Positions 62,200 through 64,000 of a stretch of DNA of 64,000 nucleotides are shown one piece after another. Position numbers and translations under genes: made by a program. Every line of letters starts with the position of its first letter. The stretch's first letter is position 1. Below the pieces are notes generated by a model. That model ran no database searches. It was given only the letters and a program-made list of their open reading frames with translations, and was not told the origin of the DNA. The stretch spans positions 2,741,456 to 2,805,455 of the forward strand of contig CAJINV010000004.1 in NCBI GenBank assembly GCA_905178155.1. The letters are read 5' to 3'. Source of the DNA: Amoebophrya sp. A120 (Eukaryota; Protista; Dinoflagellata).

Positions 62200-63300
62200 T
62201 CTTCTTTTCCGTAACTGCCCAGAGCCGCGCACTCGCTCTTGAGGACTTCCACGAATCGCATACGGTAACCTGGATTTATCTTTTGTGTTTCTCATTCCCT
62301 TTCCAGTGATTCTCCCTCCGCGGCTGATCCTTATCGGTTTTTTCGTCTGAATGTGAATCATAGAAAGTGAAAGATATAATAATGACCGATGCACCAGGTG
62401 GAAGTGGTTCTGCTTCTGCGTCAGATGCAAGCACGTTAATTCAACACTTTTATTCTCTTCCCCACATGTTGGTGTTGAAACGACATCATATTCAAAAGCG
62501 AAAAATACAGTCTCTGGACAGCGGCCAGTCCCACGCTCTGCGGTTCCGCCGGAAGATCGGCCGCTGGTTCGTGATCGCGGTAGCCTCCTCCAGGTTTTGC
62601 GGAATCTTTCCCTTCCCGGCTTCCCCGGCGGCATCAGCACCCAAGTAGTCCTTCTGTGTCGCAAGTAGCAGGTCGAGACATTCCTGGACGGGAAGAGGAA
62701 GTGGAAAGAAAACAACATCAAAGCCAATGAATAAAACTTTAATATCATTTTCCAGGGCGCGGGCGCCTCAGTGTACTACGTAAATTCGCCCCTGGTCGCA
62801 TTTCAATAAGAACAATAGCCAGATGAACCTACTGCATGTAGACACGACTGTAGTTCGTTCCGCTGTGGACTCATCAAGTCCTCGAAAGCGACAACCACTA
62901 GCACTTCCGCTATCTTCAAATGTTTTCTTTTTTTTTTTTGATTCATCCTCTTTCATAGCGACCCCTTCCTCTGGATCTCTGCGTCCACGGCGTCCACCCA
63001 CTGCTGCTGTCCGGACGATATGCACTGCAAAAGTCTTATCGCACAACTCGACGAAATTTTCAAATCAATCATAGTGGCAGTATTTGTATTGCATGAAAAA
63101 TCTGGTTCTGGAGGTACTAATTCAGAATGACAAATTCTACTCGTGACCACGCTGAGCAAATTTGTCATCATGCAGTCACGCACTAGAAGAAGCAAGTAGG
63201 ATACTTATACTTTTGCACAGGATAGAAGACCAAACGCGCGACCCAACCTTGACGCTCTTCACGAGTTGACCTGGTTTTGAGACGGAAACTGAGTGCTTTC
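62200..63300 (-). CDS. Fragmentary multi-exon gene, unknown product (approximate bounds)
   Basis: Exon-like GC-rich blocks, one joined across introner 63019-63224 (GWVARLVF|VRTAAVG). Confidence 0.35.
63019..63224 (-). mobile_element. Introner, family A-like (206 bp)
   Basis: TGCAAAAG TIR; direct repeat gacga/gaaga. Confidence 0.88.
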
Positions 63301-64000
63301 GTTCTCATTTTCTGCACCAGTGGTGGAATAACATAGCAACAAACAAGTCGTGACCACACGGTATTAACAGTAAGAGCAGGCATGGCAGGTATTTGAAAAA
63401 ACCAATACTAGATCTAGATAGCATCCCAAAAGCAAACTTAACAGCTCAACCTTCGCACGTAAACTCGATTTCGGTTCCGAAAATGAGACAGCGGTGGAGA
63501 TCGTAGGTGACTCGTTCCGGAGGTATAACACGAAAAGGGACAACATGCTAAGTCTAAGACTAAGTCAAGTATACAATAGGCGCCCACTTAATACCGAAGT
63601 CGTTCTCATGCAGACGATATGCACAACAACCTGAAGGATATCAAAATGTATGTAAAACAACTTGACTCGCCATAGCTCGACGTTTAAATCATGCTGGATA
63701 AACGCGTGAAGATCCCGCACATTGCTGCCCACGCTCTGCAACGCGTCTTTCCAAATCGACAAACTCTTGTCCATCACCATGCTGATAGAGAATTTATTTC
63801 GATGCTTCCAATTGGTTTCTAATAAACGCATCAAAAACTTGCTAAAGTAGCAACATTTTATGTGAGAATGTACACTCAATTCACAGCTGCTAAATCAGCT
63901 GCACTGGGTGGAACGCAACAAGATATCCCACGTTAGTACTTAAGTTGTACCCGTGCGCAGGGGCGGCAGCACCAGTTCCCGCTGTTATCCACAAAAAAAG

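Overview
Eukaryotic nuclear DNA from a dinoflagellate-lineage organism. It carries a 17-nt DinoSL spliced-leader relic and TTTAGGG repeats, and every recognisable gene is on the minus strand. The intron architecture matches what I recall for the parasite Amoebophrya (A120-like); that assignment is inference. Recognisable genes are a TrmA-type tRNA m5U54 methyltransferase, SRP68, an IQANK1-like ankyrin protein, an EF-hand protein, a CxxCxGxG zinc-finger protein, a DCN1-like protein and a DEAD-box helicase, plus several unknowns. The dominant feature is a set of 28 non-canonical, MITE-like introns (introners, 142-311 bp) from several sequence families that share one grammar: 5-bp direct repeat, TAT...ATA ends, terminal inverted repeats and internal GCATNACAA motifs. 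They occur in both orientations relative to the gene, and removing the element plus one direct repeat restores the reading frame at the junctions I checked. Other signals: a 41-nt motif that punctuates the first 4.3 kb and is fused to the SL relic (possible RT template-jump array), a 652-bp TIR element with 9-bp TSD carrying telomeric repeats, and two 1.1-1.4 kb inserts flanked by 34- and 42-bp direct repeats. Two N gaps lie at 2584-3109 and 27714-28309. All coordinates were counted by hand.
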